A stretch of 64,000 nt of DNA from Azolla caroliniana (lineage: Eukaryota > Plantae > Polypodiophyta): the NCBI GenBank assembly GCA_043228905.1, contig JBHGNT010000002.1, positions 1,488,001 to 1,552,000 on the forward strand, read 5' to 3'. The notes under the pieces were generated by a model, which was not told the origin of the DNA, searched no databases, and saw only the letters and a program-made list of their open reading frames with translations. Positions within the stretch are counted from its first letter, which is position 1, and each line of letters begins with the position of its first letter. Made by a program: the position numbers and the translations under genes. Positions 38,901 to 54,334 of this stretch are shown piece by piece.

Positions 38901-40400
38901 GTCGTTTGAATGCAAAAGTGAGCATGTAGTTGTACTTCAAAGGGAATTGTTGAGACTTGCTCGTGCTGAACAAGTTGTAAGAAATGAAGTAAATGCATTG
39001 CATTCGGAATTATCTAAGTTGAAAGAGGAGAGAGGTTGCGATCGCCCAGGGGATACAGCTGATATCATAGAATTAAATCATGATACGCAAGGAAGAATAA
39101 CAAAACTACAGACAAAAGTTGCTACTTTACAAGAAGAAAATAGGCAACTTTCTTTGAGTTTAAGGGCAGCTATAAGGGATAAAGGGGATGCTGAGCGAGC
39201 TATTATGTTAATGCAATCCGAGCCAAAAACGAAAAATGGAAAGAAATTAGAGAAAATCCGGATGTCTGAAGAGGAAGAAGAAGAAGAAGACGGAAAGCTT
39301 CAGTTCCTCCAATCCAAGCTTAAATCAAGAGAAGCAGAGATAGACCAATTGGATGAAGAGGTAGCAGAACTTATAAACAGTAGGGATTACCTACAAACTG
39401 AGGTAGATGATCTCCATGAAAAGCTTTGTACAGCAAACCATCAGATTCAAGAGCTTGGAAAAAAGGTCAATAATAAGTTATTATTTGGTTTCCATTTCCT
39501 TATAGCATTTTTACTTGAAGTGGAAAACTGTTTTCGTTTTGCCAAACATTTTGCATCCCCTTTGTCTTATGAGGTACTGAACAAGCTATTATCATTTGTC
39601 TTAAAAAAAACTATCTTCCGCTTGATTTTTCCTGGATTTTCATTCCCTTAGTGATACGAGAAGTGTTTTTATGCCCTTTTGTGGTACTGAAAAATGATTT
39701 TATTTATCTTGAGAGTTTGTTTCTCCATTCTCCTTGTATGTACTAAGAACTATCTTTGCTTGTCATAGGCGATTTCTTCTTGTTGCTTTTGTGGTCCTAA
39801 AAACCTCACTCTCCTTCTTGATTTCAGATATGATATGTCTTTGCACATTTTTAGAAAATTTTTCATTCCGTTTGTGGGGTAGTGCTAAACACGTTTTTGT
39901 TATCTTGGGATAATTCTTATTTCCTTTGTGGTACTGGTACTATTTGTTTGTGTTAGGAGATTTGTTATTTCGCTTTGTGGTTCTTCATTCTCTTTCAATT
40001 ATTTTTGTATCTGTTAGGATATTCATTCTTGTACTAAAAACTGTTTTTTATTGTCTTAAGCATATGCTTTATTTCCTTTACCATACTGAAGAACTGTTTT
40101 GTTGTTTGTCATTACCAGATTGGTAGCAAAGAGGAGGTGATTGAAACACTTCGGGCAGAGATAGAAAAGCATGGAAAAGAGAAAATGCAGCTTGAAAATG
40201 AGCTTCCTCAAGTTAGGAGACAGCGAGATGAAATGGGGAAAGAAGCTGAAGAGATGAGTAAAGAAGTGTTAAGGCTAACTTTAGAGATGGCTGAATTGAA
40301 AAAGATAGCAGATAAATTAGAGGAGGAAGTAATGTTGAAAGAAGGTCAAATCTCTATATTGAGAGGTTCTTACACAAGCACTGATTACGGTTTGAGCTGA
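35919..40400 (+). CDS. Long coiled-coil protein resembling the plant At3g55060/At2g39300 family; exons 35919-36433, 37446-39465, 40119-40400
   Basis: Start MRRIFPLKSS, Ser-rich N-region, extended heptads (LEREIERRSEEW, EERKLKERVTKMAE) and C-terminal LEEEVMLKEGQISILR. GT-AG junctions are in phase. The family assignment is from recall, not a search. Confidence 0.8.
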
Positions 40401-43400
40401 TTCTTTTATTAACATGTATCTCTACATTTCCCATTGTATACTAGTAGAGTGTAGAACATCGAGATGCATACTAAGAAACATCAAGAGGTTCTTATGCAAT
40501 CTAATCGTGTGAGGTTTAGAAGGTCAATGTAATGGAGAGACCCACATTGCGAAAGAATTCTTGTAAACATAATTTATGTTCTCTTCGTATAAGCACACAA
40601 TCTTTGGAATTAAACATTTGTGTAGACACTTGGAGTTAATAAATTTATAGAGGGCCAATTCAAATGTAGAACACATGTTGAGTATTCTGAAAATAGGTAG
40701 AAGCTATTACATCCATATATTTATTTGATGCAATGACAATTTTGCAATTTCATCCACTTTAGACGTTCTCGAAATGTTTTAAGCTTATACTGATGTAGGC
40801 ATGCCTCATTGAAAAGGAGACAATTTGTTGCAAAGAGTGAAACCTTGAACATTGGTTTTAGCTTATAAGCACACCTCATCCAAAAGCAAACAATTTGTTG
40901 CAAAGAGTGAAACCTTGAACTTTGATTTTAGCTTATAAGGATCTAACCTTGAACATTTGTAGAATGTTGGAGATAGGGAAAACCTAATCAATAAGCAAAG
41001 TGTCAGAAAAAGGGAAATATATAAATGTCCATCCTTTGTTATCTACTCATAGGGAGCTCCAAATAATGTCTACGCCAACTCATCACACCTAGGAAATGGA
41101 GAGTGGGGAAATAAGCATAAAGAAATGCGGACATACCTCCCATATATTACAAGCTTTCATTGGATGTAGGGGCGTCAACACCTAGGTCAAGAATCTAAGA
41201 GCACATGGATAACACCCATTCAGATGTATTAGGGACGTGGCACTAACTCCCATATAGGTTATTTTTGCTTGATGATTGGGGTTTTGTGATAATGTAGGGG
41301 CACAAAGATTGGACGAACTAGCATGTTGGTGGTCTAAGAATCAACGTCCTAAGTGTCATAAAAACAAGTTAATAAACGAAACATCTTTCATGTGATGCTC
41401 TTCCACAAGTGTAGGATCTAACGTTGCCCATATGTTCAAGACCTTTGAAAATGTCACATAACATTTAAAAATATGCCATAATTTTATTTTTATTTTCAGT
41501 TAGTTATAAAATTTTAGAGATGAGAGTGTTATATACAAATCCTTGTAGGGACGCAATAGTTCCATCTTATGTGGATGCCCACTTACTCAACAAAGGGAGA
41601 AGACGACCATTGTTGGATGAAGGCTAATCCTTGTCTTTCAACTCCATCATATCCGCCTATGAGGCCATCGTATTGGATATTTAGAATGGCTACAACTTCA
41701 CTCCATATCTCTTGCATTAAAATTACTTGATGCATGGTTTCATTCGAGATGACTCATCTACCCTGTTGTTTCCATAGAATCCAAAGAGTTATTGGGCTGA
41801 TCAATTCTAACACAACTTGAGCTTTGGCATTAATCGGAGTTGAGTGGATATTGTGGTGGAAAAAAAAATCTCTTGTGCTTTTATCACCAAAGCTATCCCC
41901 TCCTCCTGATGTTCATACCTGTCAACTATGGCCTACCATGATAACCAACATACATTCCCCCACTTGATTGTGCCTTGCACCTGACATAATTGCAAAAGGC
42001 AGTCAACCCCCTGCCATATTCAATGGGTCTATGGGCAATCCCATAAAGTGTGTCAGATTGTCTTTGTTGCATTTGGGCATGCTACAAATTTGGGAGAGCT
42101 AAGGTTCTCACACTTCCACACTCTAATTGCTATCAAAACGTAGTAATTCACCTCGCGTGTTGTTGTTTCTAGATTTTCTACCAAAACTTAGTGTAATTGT
42201 CTCACAATTCATGGCCTTCGATCCTATCCGGTGTTTCCCTACCTCTTAGGAGCAAAGAGCCCTCCTCCTCGTAGCCTATCCACTTCTCCATTGTCGTCTT
42301 GTGATAAGAGCAGCCTCCCTAAGCAATATCATAATTTCAAATCTCATAGTCCAACCTCCCCTAATTCCATGGAGTATGTCGGCTCGATCTTGTATTGGCA
42401 ATGACATAAATCATCTCCAAAATATGCCATAATTGATATGGTATATGTATAATCATATAACAAGTTTACTACACTTGTACGTTCTAGGTAGTAGCAACTA
42501 ATAAGGATGGTTCTCATGATTGAAAGATAAATAGCAGATCAAAAATATATGGAATATATACCAAACTTTTCCTTTATAACCCCTAAATCCTCCTCAAGTA
42601 ATGTATAGCTAAATTAGAATTTTATGTAATGTTTGAAAATTGGAATTTGTTGTCTATACTCTAAGTAATTAAGCCAGTTTACATTTATATTGACTCACTG
42701 CAAGGTGCAACTTTTGCTCATGTAAATTTCAATAGGCACATCCAAATATCATTAGTATTAGAGAATATCTCAAATCAATTATTGAAACTTTCCATTTGTC
42801 ATTCCTAGGCAATACATTTGTTGATGCATTTCATATTGAATGAAAAAGGTACTTAATGAGAATGGCTCATGACTTACGTTATTGTTGTTGAAGGCATTTT
42901 ACACCAAAAGTCATGTCCTACATTACAATCCAATGTATAAAAGTGGTGAAGTGAAATATGCATGAAATGTGGGACATGGAAAATGCTCAACATGGTCTTC
43001 TTCTTTTTTTCCAAAATGAAGCTACTTTCCCATTAGTTAGGTAAGATTATTACAAAGAGACTGTAAAAGGAGGCTTAAGCATAGATCGGGGAATCCCCTC
43101 CGATCAAGTTCTAGAAATTGAGACTAGTTACATTGCCTTTCGGATGGACTACTTAGTGTAAGTACCTACAAATAAAACAGTGCCTACTTAGTGTAAGTAC
43201 CTACAGCTAAAACATGGTCTATTTATCTCAATCCATTATGCACTTGTTTGTTGCAAAGTTCATATGTTCAAAGTATTATGGTAAAGATTTGAGCAAATCG
43301 GATGCTTGCTGATTAACGAAGAAGAATGTAAAGGAGATAGAGGATTTTTATTTTGAGGATAAAAAATTGTCATAGAGATAAAAACATGCAAGAGTCTTGG

Positions 43401-44974
43401 AAAGAGTGTCGTAATCATGATGAATGGGAGCCAACTTTTCTAGCCTGAAACTTAGGAGGATGGTCTTTGTTTTGTCACCATCATTACTTGCAAGTGAAAG
43501 AAGATTTTCTTTAATGGAATAAAATCAAAGCCAACTCTCTCTCTCTCTCTCTAGAAGTTTATTATTGTTCATGGTCATCATCTATGCACCAAATGCAACA
43601 AGTTTTGAAGAGGTTACACGTGATGGTTTAAATCATGGAAGAGCATAATGTCAATCAAGGAATATGTCTCGATATATGTTTAGAAATATCATATTTCTAC
43701 TATATGGTGTTGGTTTACTTGTAAGAGATAAAGAATATATTAGTTTCATAAGCAACAACTACATAACATCATCATCTAGCCATTCCTGAATTTTCTTCTA
43801 TTTTACAATGTATATAGAAAGTTTCTTTATTTATTTTAGTTGGGAGCTTCTCAATTCTCGGTCCACCCATCTTGCCCATTCAATCAATGTGTGTCTAAAT
43901 GGTTCACGATCTTGATTGTCCAGTTTGATGCACATAACATTGTCCACAATGGAGGATTAGGATCATTTGAAGACCTCCCAACTTGATTTGGTACCCGTCA
44001 TTTCCAAGATGTGATTATTTATGTTAGTTAAGGCCCACCCATCCTCCCCATTAAGTAAAAAAACTTACCTTCTTGACACTTGACAACTTACTAATTATAT
44101 GCAAAATGTTGGGAATAGGGAAAAGACACTTGATTGTTTAAAACAAGGAAAATGTTGCAATCACATGAGAAAACTTGAGATAGGCAAAACATTCAATAGA
44201 AAGATCAAATAAGATGGGCCTACATCATGTTGTTCCTAACACATCTCAAAACCGAAAATAGGCAAGACCCAAATTTATTCGTAACTTATCACAAAACCTA
44301 AAACAAGCAAAACGTTGTAAATTGGGAAACTATGTAGATGGACAGCCCCCAAATTTGTTCCTAACTTATCACAAAACCTGAATATCATGACTTAATTTTG
44401 GCAAAATGTTGGAAACAGGGAAAACATGAAGATGGACATGATTGATTTTACTCCTAACATATCTCAAAACTTAAAATAGGCAAACACCTATAAATAGGGA
44501 ACCATGTAGATGGGCATCCAGAACATTGTTCATGAATCCTAATATATCTCAACACTTGATTGTCAAATGTCTCTGACATGTGTGGCCTTACCTAAAAACA
44601 AGTAAATTGTCTATGTTTGTGAAGCTTCACTTAAAAGTTTATAAATAAAGAAGACGTAGTTACGAGGAATTAGACTAATATGATTAAGATGTTTTACGAA
44701 GAATCAAAGAAATAAGGAATATGTTTTGTTAGGATAGGCAAGGTCTGCTTAAACATTATAAGACAAACCCTATGAGCTAAAGAATAATATGAAAACATTT
44801 CCTTCAAACATTACATCAAATAATTTTGACATCTTCACCAACAATTTCTAATAGGATTCACAAAGTTATCTTCGTGAAAGTTTAAACTTTGAATATGTAA
44901 CCAGGAGTTTTGCATCAAATTGCAAGCAAGAGCTTGATGTTGCTTTCAATATAAAAACAATTCATGATTCTGTA

Positions 44975-45330
44975 GGTCGGAAGAAATAAGCTCGTTGGAA
45001 TTATGAAGGCATGGAATGGAATAAGAAAGGGAATCGTTTGTAGGTGGAGAAATGATGCATATGCTCGAATGTACATGCCTATTGTTTGGAACCCATTAAT
45101 TAGAGATGTGGATGGGCTGATGATAGGACAAAAAACAGGTTTCAAATGGGCCAATTTAATCAATGCCCAAGGGAATACATTGGCAAATTGGAAGAGATTT
45201 CTACGTAATGATGTGGGCACTCAAAAGGCTAGAATATGGAGGATAAACAGGGGTAAATGCATGCTAATGAGGATTACAGATGCCTTTGCACGCTGTTGGG
45301 GTAGTTGTGGTTCGTGCGGCGAAGTCGCGG
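44975..45330 (+). mobile_element. LINE ORF2 fragment (post-RT region)
   Basis: IMKAWNGIRKGI...MPIVWNPLIRDVDGLMIG resembles the Trp-rich region downstream of RT in L1-type elements. It lies upstream of, and on the same strand as, the 46255 fragment. Confidence 0.5.
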
Positions 45331-46230
45331 GGACTAAGGTTAAGGGGAGTTGAAGAAACTTAACTTTTAATAAGGCTTGTATGGTGATGATAGAATGGTT
45401 AAGGGTAGTAAGACGAAGAGTTACAAGTAATGTGTGTGTGTGTGAGAGAGAGACAGAGAGAGAGACAGAGAGAGACGAGCATAGATAAAAGATAGAGACA
45501 ATGTATGATTCAAGAAAGAAGATTTAGACAAAATATGATTCTAGAAACAAGAGTATATGATATAAACATGATGTATATTAAAAATATAATATTTTACCAA
45601 CTTCACAATCCTTGATCGTAAGATGAATCTTTTCAATACCGACCCTTGATTTCAACCCACGACCTCACTTCGAAACGAGAGGTTCTCCACCCAATGAGCT
45701 TGAACACATTTTCTATCGACCCTTGATTTCAACCCACGACTTCCACTTTGAAACGTGAGGCTCTTCACCGAATAAGATATCTTTAACACTTGCTTGGATT
45801 CCTTTTTCTCCCACTTTCTCTTGATTCCCTTCTTGTTTTCCTTGCCCCTCTTTATATAAGTGTTGGCATGCATATGATAATGTATGGGAGCATGGCATGC
45901 ATGCAATGCATGAGTTACATGTAATGCATGATCGCCATTTGGCGCACATGTATTGCACGTGATGCATGGTAGCCATCATGCTCACTTGAGCTCCCATGTA
46001 TGAAAGTAAATATGGGATAAGTATAATGATAAAAATGCATTCTAAAATAACTAACCTAGCTCAGTGGTGTATACTTTGTGTTTGGCATACAAGGTTGAGA
46101 GTTCAAGTCTCTCAATTTTATTTAATACAATATTTAAGTTTATTCTTATATAGTGAAGCACGGGTTCAAGTGTTTGAAATATTATTGAATTCAATATTTA
46201 AATTTATTTTTATATCGTGAAGCAAATCCT

Positions 46231-47580
46231 TCACGACAACGCAGCGGGCAAATCTTGGAAGAAGCAGCCATAAGCCCCTCTAAAATGGAATGGACAGGAC
46301 TCATCGATGCTGAAAATTATATAGTCGGAATTAAGGGAACGAAAGCCGACTCTAATGAGGCATGCTACTACAAAATAAAGCATAGAAGGGTAATATGTGA
46401 GCAACCAGCCTATCAAACTGAAAGGCTGATTAGGTTGCTTGCAAAAAATGGAAAGGCTATGATAGTTGACCCCGAACCGAGTGAGCTGAAACCAACGACA
46501 GTGTGTTGGCCGATAGAAGGGCATACAAATCAGCTATCATGGGACCCCGCGATGTATTTCTGGAAAACTCAAGGTCCAAGTGATGGTGCCAAGTTGGTGC
46601 AATTTTTCAAGTATAACACGAAAATCGGGAGGCAAATTATCCTAAAACAAGAACACCAAGATATTGTAGCTCGTAAATTTTGGATACAAGAGGGCATTAG
46701 TGAAAGGAGATTAGCTAAATTCTGGAAAATGATATGGCATGACAACGGTGACCACAAGATAATGATGTGCTTATGGCTTATTGTGCATAGAGCCTTGCCA
46801 GTAGGGGCATGGGCTAAAGGCCCCAATGTAGACCCAAGATGTAGTGCATGTGGACAACTAGAAAGCATTTCCCATTGTCTTTGGGAATGTCATGAGGCTA
46901 CAGTAGTATGGAGAAGGGCATTACGATTGCTTTGCCATGCCTCTAGCTCATTTACCCTCAATTGGGGACATGCTTGTTGGAATTGTCTTGATGATGACGT
47001 AGAGAATTTTGATAGCACATGTACAACTATGTACAGAGGGGAGAATGGAACTATTCGAGTGATCGTTGGTAACAATGCACCTAGAAGTAATGCCCAGAAG
47101 CAGAAAATTGTAGATCTATGGATGTTGCTAGCACCCATTATCATATGGAACATTTGGACCGCAAGATGTACCAGGGTATTTTCAGCAAACAAACGGCCTC
47201 CAACAGAATCTATTAAGCTAATATGGCACATGCTAATAACTACATTGAGGGCCCAATATGAGCGGATTGATGGAACAGATGATGCTTCAGATTTAATGAG
47301 GCTGAAATTCAGAAAACGATGGTGTACTACACCGATGGCTACAGAAATTGGAGTGGAGATACGATGGCAGAACGTAGTACCGAGATGGTTGTTCCCCCCT
47401 CCCATTAGATGATAGAGGGGCGTGAATGACATGACAAACATGGAGAACAAACATGTGGGCTATTTAGTGTAAGATAAATAAGTGATGTAGTCCATATGGA
47501 AGTAGGTAATGTCTAAAGTTGTGTAGTGTATGTCATTTTAACTAATGGAGTATATTCTTCTTTTGGAAAAAAAAAAAAAA
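46231..47580 (+). mobile_element. 5'-truncated LINE, ORF2 C-terminus with zinc-binding (zf-RVT-like) domain and A-tail
   Basis: FWKMIW...LWLIVHRALPVG...CSACGQLESISHCLWEC...IIWNIWTARC. Open for 385 codons to the stop at 47412; A14 at 47567-47580. Confidence 0.88.
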
Positions 47581-50500
47581 GAAGCTCTCTAAAACACACA
47601 AAAGACAAAAAAAGCTCACCCTTGTCCACAAAATAGCTTTGCAATTGACATTTACATGGTTTTGACAGTAGAACCAATGAAAATGATAGCAATGTAGAGA
47701 CAAACATAAAGACAAAGAGTACCATCCACATATGATTGAGTGACATGAAGCATGGGAACTAAAAAACGAATTCAAAGAGGTTCTTATGATATTACAAAGG
47801 GTAAAACACATGGGATAAGGGTGAATGTGTCCCACTTGAAGTTGTGTGAAATTGGTGCATTGTGTTGGAGATGTGATTGAGTGACTCCCACTGTTTTCTT
47901 GTTATTGGCTCAATAGTTTTGGTTCATGTGAGTAGGATTTATGCTTTGATGTTAGGATTATCATCCCCTTTGATATAAGTGCACCAATAAAGGCATGATT
48001 TAGTCTTGATTCCACATTGGAATTTGGTATAATGAGCAAGGAGAATCCTTTAGAGCAATTTAGAACTCACAATAAGGGCCTTCTGCACATCAAAAGAATG
48101 AAGTGGGAATGAAGTCCGTTATACACGCTAGCGGGAGAAAGAAGGGTCATTTGTGGAGAAGATCATAGGGCTTTACTAGCATCTTAACCCCTAACTTAGA
48201 AACCAACTAGCTTTGAAAAGTTACCTTTGCACCAAAAACATTGAAAGTTTTGCAAACCATATTTGTAAATGTCCTACAAAAGTTATCAGAATACTAAACA
48301 ATCAAAAGTCTAGGATAGCAACATGAATTGAGCTATAGTTGCTAACTGGTCAATAGTGATGACAAGAATATTGAGCTCTTTCCATGCTTATATCATTAAT
48401 TTGACTTGAGTGTATGGGCATTTTCTCAATAGCCATGCTATCCATGTTGATTCCACCTTTCATGACAAATTGAAAGCAACTAAGCATTTGCATTCAATGT
48501 GATATTACAACAACCATGATAAGCTCGAGATAAAATCATTGTTGTTTATAATGTTGAATCAACATTTATATAGGCCAAGTCATTAATATTTGTTGAAACA
48601 TCATTTTACTCATTCATGGTAGTAGATAGCCCATTCTTGTATAACCCTAAAGTTTCTACAACATTGTTATCACTAAAATTAAAATACGAAAACCCCTTGG
48701 TGTAACGTTCTATTATGAAAGCAGATGGAGACAAATACGAGGTTTTGCAAGTAGCAAATAAAGTATCAAGTGGTGATTGACAAAGAAGCCAAAATGTGGC
48801 TATATTTGACACTAGCATGTATGATTTATACCAATAGACAATAAAATACTAGAACATAATTAATTCAAGAAAAATGGTTCCTATAAGCAACTAAATAGTA
48901 ACAAGATGGTTGGTGAATATCCTCTAAGAATAGCAAAAAATTATGTATCTATCTGTTATGTGTAAATTGACAATAAACGACCACAAGGCGATGTAGTTAT
49001 TTATTTTCTTACCGAAGAAAAATGGGAATGCACATTGAACTATTAACAACATCAAAATGTTTTTTATTTTGTCTATTGTGGATGTCTACTTGACCAAGAT
49101 ACTCTAGTTTATATGCTCAGTAAAAAAGTCATTGATTATGCCTTGCTAGTGTTGAAAGTTCAAACATTTTTATTCTATTTCTTATGACCATTAACAAGGT
49201 GGTACGAGCTACCTCAATAGAGTTACCTATTGGTCCACTTGAAGTCTTATACTGTTGGATTTTGACAAAACCCCGGCCCCACATGCTCTAGTAGAATCAA
49301 AAGTTTTGATACCTTATATATTATCATTTATAAGTTTAGACATTTAATTATTTTTTAAGGAAAAACACAATAATACCCTAAGTTTTTGGATATTCACCAA
49401 AAATATCCCTTGATTATACTATGGAAATATTGATATTCTACGATGTTTGAAGCCATTATCATATTTCCAAGCTCACCATGATGTGTACAATTGGGTTACA
49501 ATTCTCATTACTCAAATGTTTTCGTTATATCACCCTATAGACTTTCCATGCTCTTGGTGGTATCCATTGTGTTACCAATGTATGCATTAGTATCATAAAA
49601 TTATTGCTACAAATGCACGAACAAGTGCTGATATTATTCAAGTGTCTCTAACACGGTGTAAAAGCAATGTATATCTTAAGATGGCATGCCAATATAGAAA
49701 ACCCTTGTTGTTCCTAAAATCATGACTCATTTCTCTCTTTGCAAATGCGGTACATACAAAAAACAACATGGCCATACAAAAAACCTACTATCATACTGTC
49801 TTGGTAGTTGTCAGCAAAGATAATTTGTTTTAGTGATCCAAGTTTTGCAACATGGTCTAGAGGTATGGGGAGGAAATATCATCCCTTTCTAGGTGAAGTG
49901 GCAAAATTTTGCCACCTTCAAATCAAGGTAACCACAATATATGTAGTGATGCTCAGAGTCTCATGAGAGACCAATATATAGGTGGCTAGGGTAAAGGAGG
50001 TAAGGTAGATTCAACGAAAAAACATGGAAGAAAAACGAATAAGAAAGGTCTCTCCTCTAGCTTGGCACACAACACAGCCACAAAACTTGAACGATACTAA
50101 TGATATGATCACAATGTACATCAAATCAAGTACACTTGGTGCACTCACAACCAGGAATAGAACAAGCATGCCAAACATACTAAAAAATGATGGGCCACGC
50201 CCAACACATTTTGTCATCCTTGATGCCCATTTAATGCCAGAAGAGCAATCACACTCCTCTCCACTTGCAATCGTAATCTTGTAATCAAGAATGGTGCTTG
50301 GGAAGAATTTTGAGATCAAACATAGGTACGACATTGTGTGAACTCTCATAAAGCATGTCATTGATTATGGTCCACATGGTATCTCAAATTCCTATGACCA
50401 CCAAAAGCTAGTTGAACATAAGACACCAATGTAATGACTAGCATTCCCTCGCCATCTCCCAAAGGAGCCTATTGATATGATTTCACATCACATTGCATTG

Positions 50501-53500
50501 TATTACAAGTTTTCGGGTCAATGCACACAACAAGGCCATTGGATTTCGTAGGTAATTTTCTCAGTAAAGAAATAAGATTAAAATTTTCTTGCTTGAACTT
50601 TTCTAGTATGCATGGCACATGCTCATATTTTACTTGTCTCTAATAAGGAAAGATCTACAATCTTGTTCTTGCATAACGAGTAATATCAACTATTGGCCCT
50701 TTAGATTCTAAAAATATCAGCGTTATGGCTCTTTGGATTCTAAGAATATCGGCATTACGACCCTTTGGATTCTAACAATATTGGCATTACCCTTACTTAC
50801 AAACTGTTGAGTTTAAAATTTTGATTACCAACCTCACAATTGGTCTTGATACAAATCGGTTTTGATTCGTTGTCTAGTTGCTACATGCATAATGCTTCAA
50901 ATTAAACCAAGGACTAGCCGACCTAATTATTGTGATTAATTCATAATTTTACACTAATAAACATGTTTAATCCCCCCATCCCTTAATCCGTGCATTTAAT
51001 TCATATTCACTAGAGCATGTTTCAAAAGTGAAGCATTAATTTTTAGCTCTTACTTTTTGGTATAGAAGGGAAAACTCACTCTTTTACATGTTACTTTCGA
51101 GGAGGGGTAAGAGTGCCATTTTTAATCTGGCAATGGTTGTAACTTCTTTATAAAAGAAACAAGGATAACCACTCACAAGATAAGGGCTATCTCCATCAAC
51201 AAACAAGATTTTGCTAGCAATCTTGAAAAGCTAACCCTTTCATGTCAGTTGTGTTTCTTGTCTTCACTTGGTCTTTTGTTACAACTTACGTCCCACTTGT
51301 TTTCTTTGTCTTGACTTGTCTTTTGGGATCCCCCCACTATGACTTCTTTGGGTTAGTGAGTACAATTTACAATCTCACTTCTAGGGTTCATTTTAAAAAG
51401 TTTAGTTGCATGCACTTAACATTTGTATTCAGTTAATGAGAATGCATCTTAGATTCTCCTCGATGTAGTCACACTACGGAGAACACACATGTTATTCGTG
51501 TCAAAGGCTATACACCTTCCCACTAGTTGTATAAATTGTCCTATTAAGGGGGTAATCATCCTACAACACCAAAACTATGGTTCATTTCAATATAAAGTTG
51601 AACGAAATATTCAAGTAGAGTTTGAGTTAGTGCTTGATAATATTAGGGGCCTCGTCTTACAAGGGTCTTTGAGTTGCTTAAGTCTCTCTAAAATCAAGGC
51701 ATTTGAAACATGTTTCCTCTAGGGGTACAATTTAGGTATAGGGGAGGGATTATAACAATGTTCCTTTGCATGGGGTGAATTTTTATTATTTGCTCCATCC
51801 AAGATAATGAGGAACCTATTCTCAGGCAAGGATCTTAAAACCGCTTTATGAAATTTTCTTGCTCGCACATTGTTGATAAATTAGTGGGGTTCAACTCCAT
51901 ATGGCGAGGAACATATTGACGTGAGAACTTACTTAGAGCAATGCTTGGAGCTTTAATCACACTCAAATCATGCACATGGAAATATACTTAAAGTAAAAAT
52001 ATTATGGAGAAGGCAAATAAAACTTCAACTATAATACACAATGTGCTTTATGAGGTTCAACGCCTTTTTGGTTGCAATATCACTTGGTCTAGTTCGAACT
52101 CGATTGCTAGGTACCAACCTCTTACTGCTAGAGAAATTTCATAAAATCTTTTTGATTATATAATGACACCAAATATGTTTAGGTTTGTTAAAAAGTATCC
52201 TTGGGCTAGAGGAAATTGTCATTCCAAGCTTTTGCCTTCTCATGGGAATTGCCCAAGAAGTGGAGATTGAACAAGAAAATCTTGAAGGAAGCCATATCAC
52301 ACATGGACGAGTAACTTGAGGCTTCTCTCCTCCATTCGTTCACTCTTAACTCCATCAAGGAACCACCTTGGTACTACTAGCATACATTGTGTGTTTTTTG
52401 TCTATATATCTATCTAGGTGGTGGCTTCTTAGGAAATATTTTCTCACGAGGACATTTCTTAGGATTGCCTTAAAAAGTGCAATGTTATCGTTTTCACTCA
52501 TTGGGATGTGGGAGAAATCCTTATGTTCAAAAGCACAAGCTTTACCACTACACCATAATTATTACCTATTGGAATTTTAGAATCAATAAGGTAATGTCAT
52601 GGATCTATAAGCCATCCTTTATTGGAACATCTGAAGCCTCTTACATGATGTATAATGCGATGCTAATGTCTTGGTTTTCTTACCAACATAGGACACTTTT
52701 TTACCATCAATGTAATAGATTTTATATTACTTTGTTGGTTTTCATATTTTTCCTACACACTTTTGTCATCGATTATTGTAACCAACTCGAAGCATCCTAC
52801 ATCGCTTGTACAACTTCATGGTTCCTATTAAAATGTCTCCATAAAGCCTGATACTTACCTCGAACAAATAGATGTGGATGAGAATTTGGGTGATATCCCC
52901 TCTACATACATATCCATTCTCGACCCTCGAGGGGCATCTATGCACCCTCACATTGTCTTTCTTTATGCACCACCGCACAAGACAAAGTAAGCAAAGGTAT
53001 TTGGACAAACAAAGTTGCTCATCCATGTCCTAAGAGTAAGGGTCAATAAGAGAGGAGAGGAGAGAATTTTTCAATAAAGCATAGAAGATCAATTATGTAC
53101 ATGGGAGAGAAATTAAGAGAGAAAGTAAATGGTAGAGAATACAAAAAGGTACACATCATTTAATGATGGAAATCATTACATAGATACTGCAAAAATGAGG
53201 AGAGAAATCCTAGTTTTCATTGCGAAAATTAACTATTCAAAATCCTGGTTTTCACCAAGAAAAACAACTTTTCCAATGCCATTGGACTTCTCATGGCCTA
53301 AGAAACACAGGCACGTTCAAAAGTTCACATAATGTTATTGGAAAAAGAAAAAGATTCGCATAATGTGAAGGGGTACTTAATCAAGAAAGCACATTAATGG
53401 GTGATAATGGTGAAGAGAAAACAACGAATGAGGTGGTGTAAGGGGTTGGTGATTTCTAGGGGAAACATAGATGACCCCTTGTCCCCAGCTTCATTGTCCA

Positions 53501-54334
53501 TTTGGTTGACAATGGAGGAAAGCTTTGGAATGTAGAGATGGTGGGTGAGATTCACGTGCAAGAGAGAGAGAGAGAGCAATGTCGGAGAAAGGACTATGAT
53601 TTGTGGTTGGCTAGATGCTCTATAGAGATCCTACATCATGATGAGACAAGCATATATATATATATACATACATCATCATACTTGTTTTGATTGATGAGTG
53701 GGTAATATACCTATATCGCAAGTACCTACCCGAATATTTGGGGTCCTCTTTTAGCGAGCTAGTCCTAGGCAAGGAGGTGCACGGTTGGAGGCAGTGAGCA
53801 AGTAGAAACCACATGACATATACATATGTACATACAATGCATAAATACGCTAAGATACATACATACAATACATACACTAAGATATATACATAAAATGCAC
53901 GCATGCATACTTACATACATAAAACAATGCATACATGCATAGTCGTGTCAAGCAGTTGTCGAGGAATACGAGAAAAAAAGGATGTATATTCTATGGAAAT
54001 TAAACATGGTAAAGGTAGAGATGGAAAGGTAAGAGTACATAGAGAAGTATGTACACATAGTGTGGAGAGGGTGGTGAGGACGTGCCTAGGGAGGGCCCTT
54101 CATGTTTATTTAATTACGCAGGTAGCTTATAATCTATAATTTACACATACATACATTACATACATAATATGGACAATATTGGTAGTGGTGGTGATATGGG
54201 CATGACGTGGCACGTCTTTTTTATTTTTGGGCGGGGGGGCTTTTTCTTTCTCTACTTTTGCGGCGCTGACATCGGAAAGCAATGGGCCACCACACGTGCC
54301 ACCTCTCTCTCTCTCTACCTCCCCTCTCTCTCTA

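Noticed and set aside
40700-53900. Short ORFs and small duplications in the long intergenic region (40820-40935, 43148-43205, 44100-44560, 45640-45745, 50695-50790)
   Set aside because: No recognisable protein motifs apart from the LINE pieces; probably decayed repeats that I cannot classify without a search.
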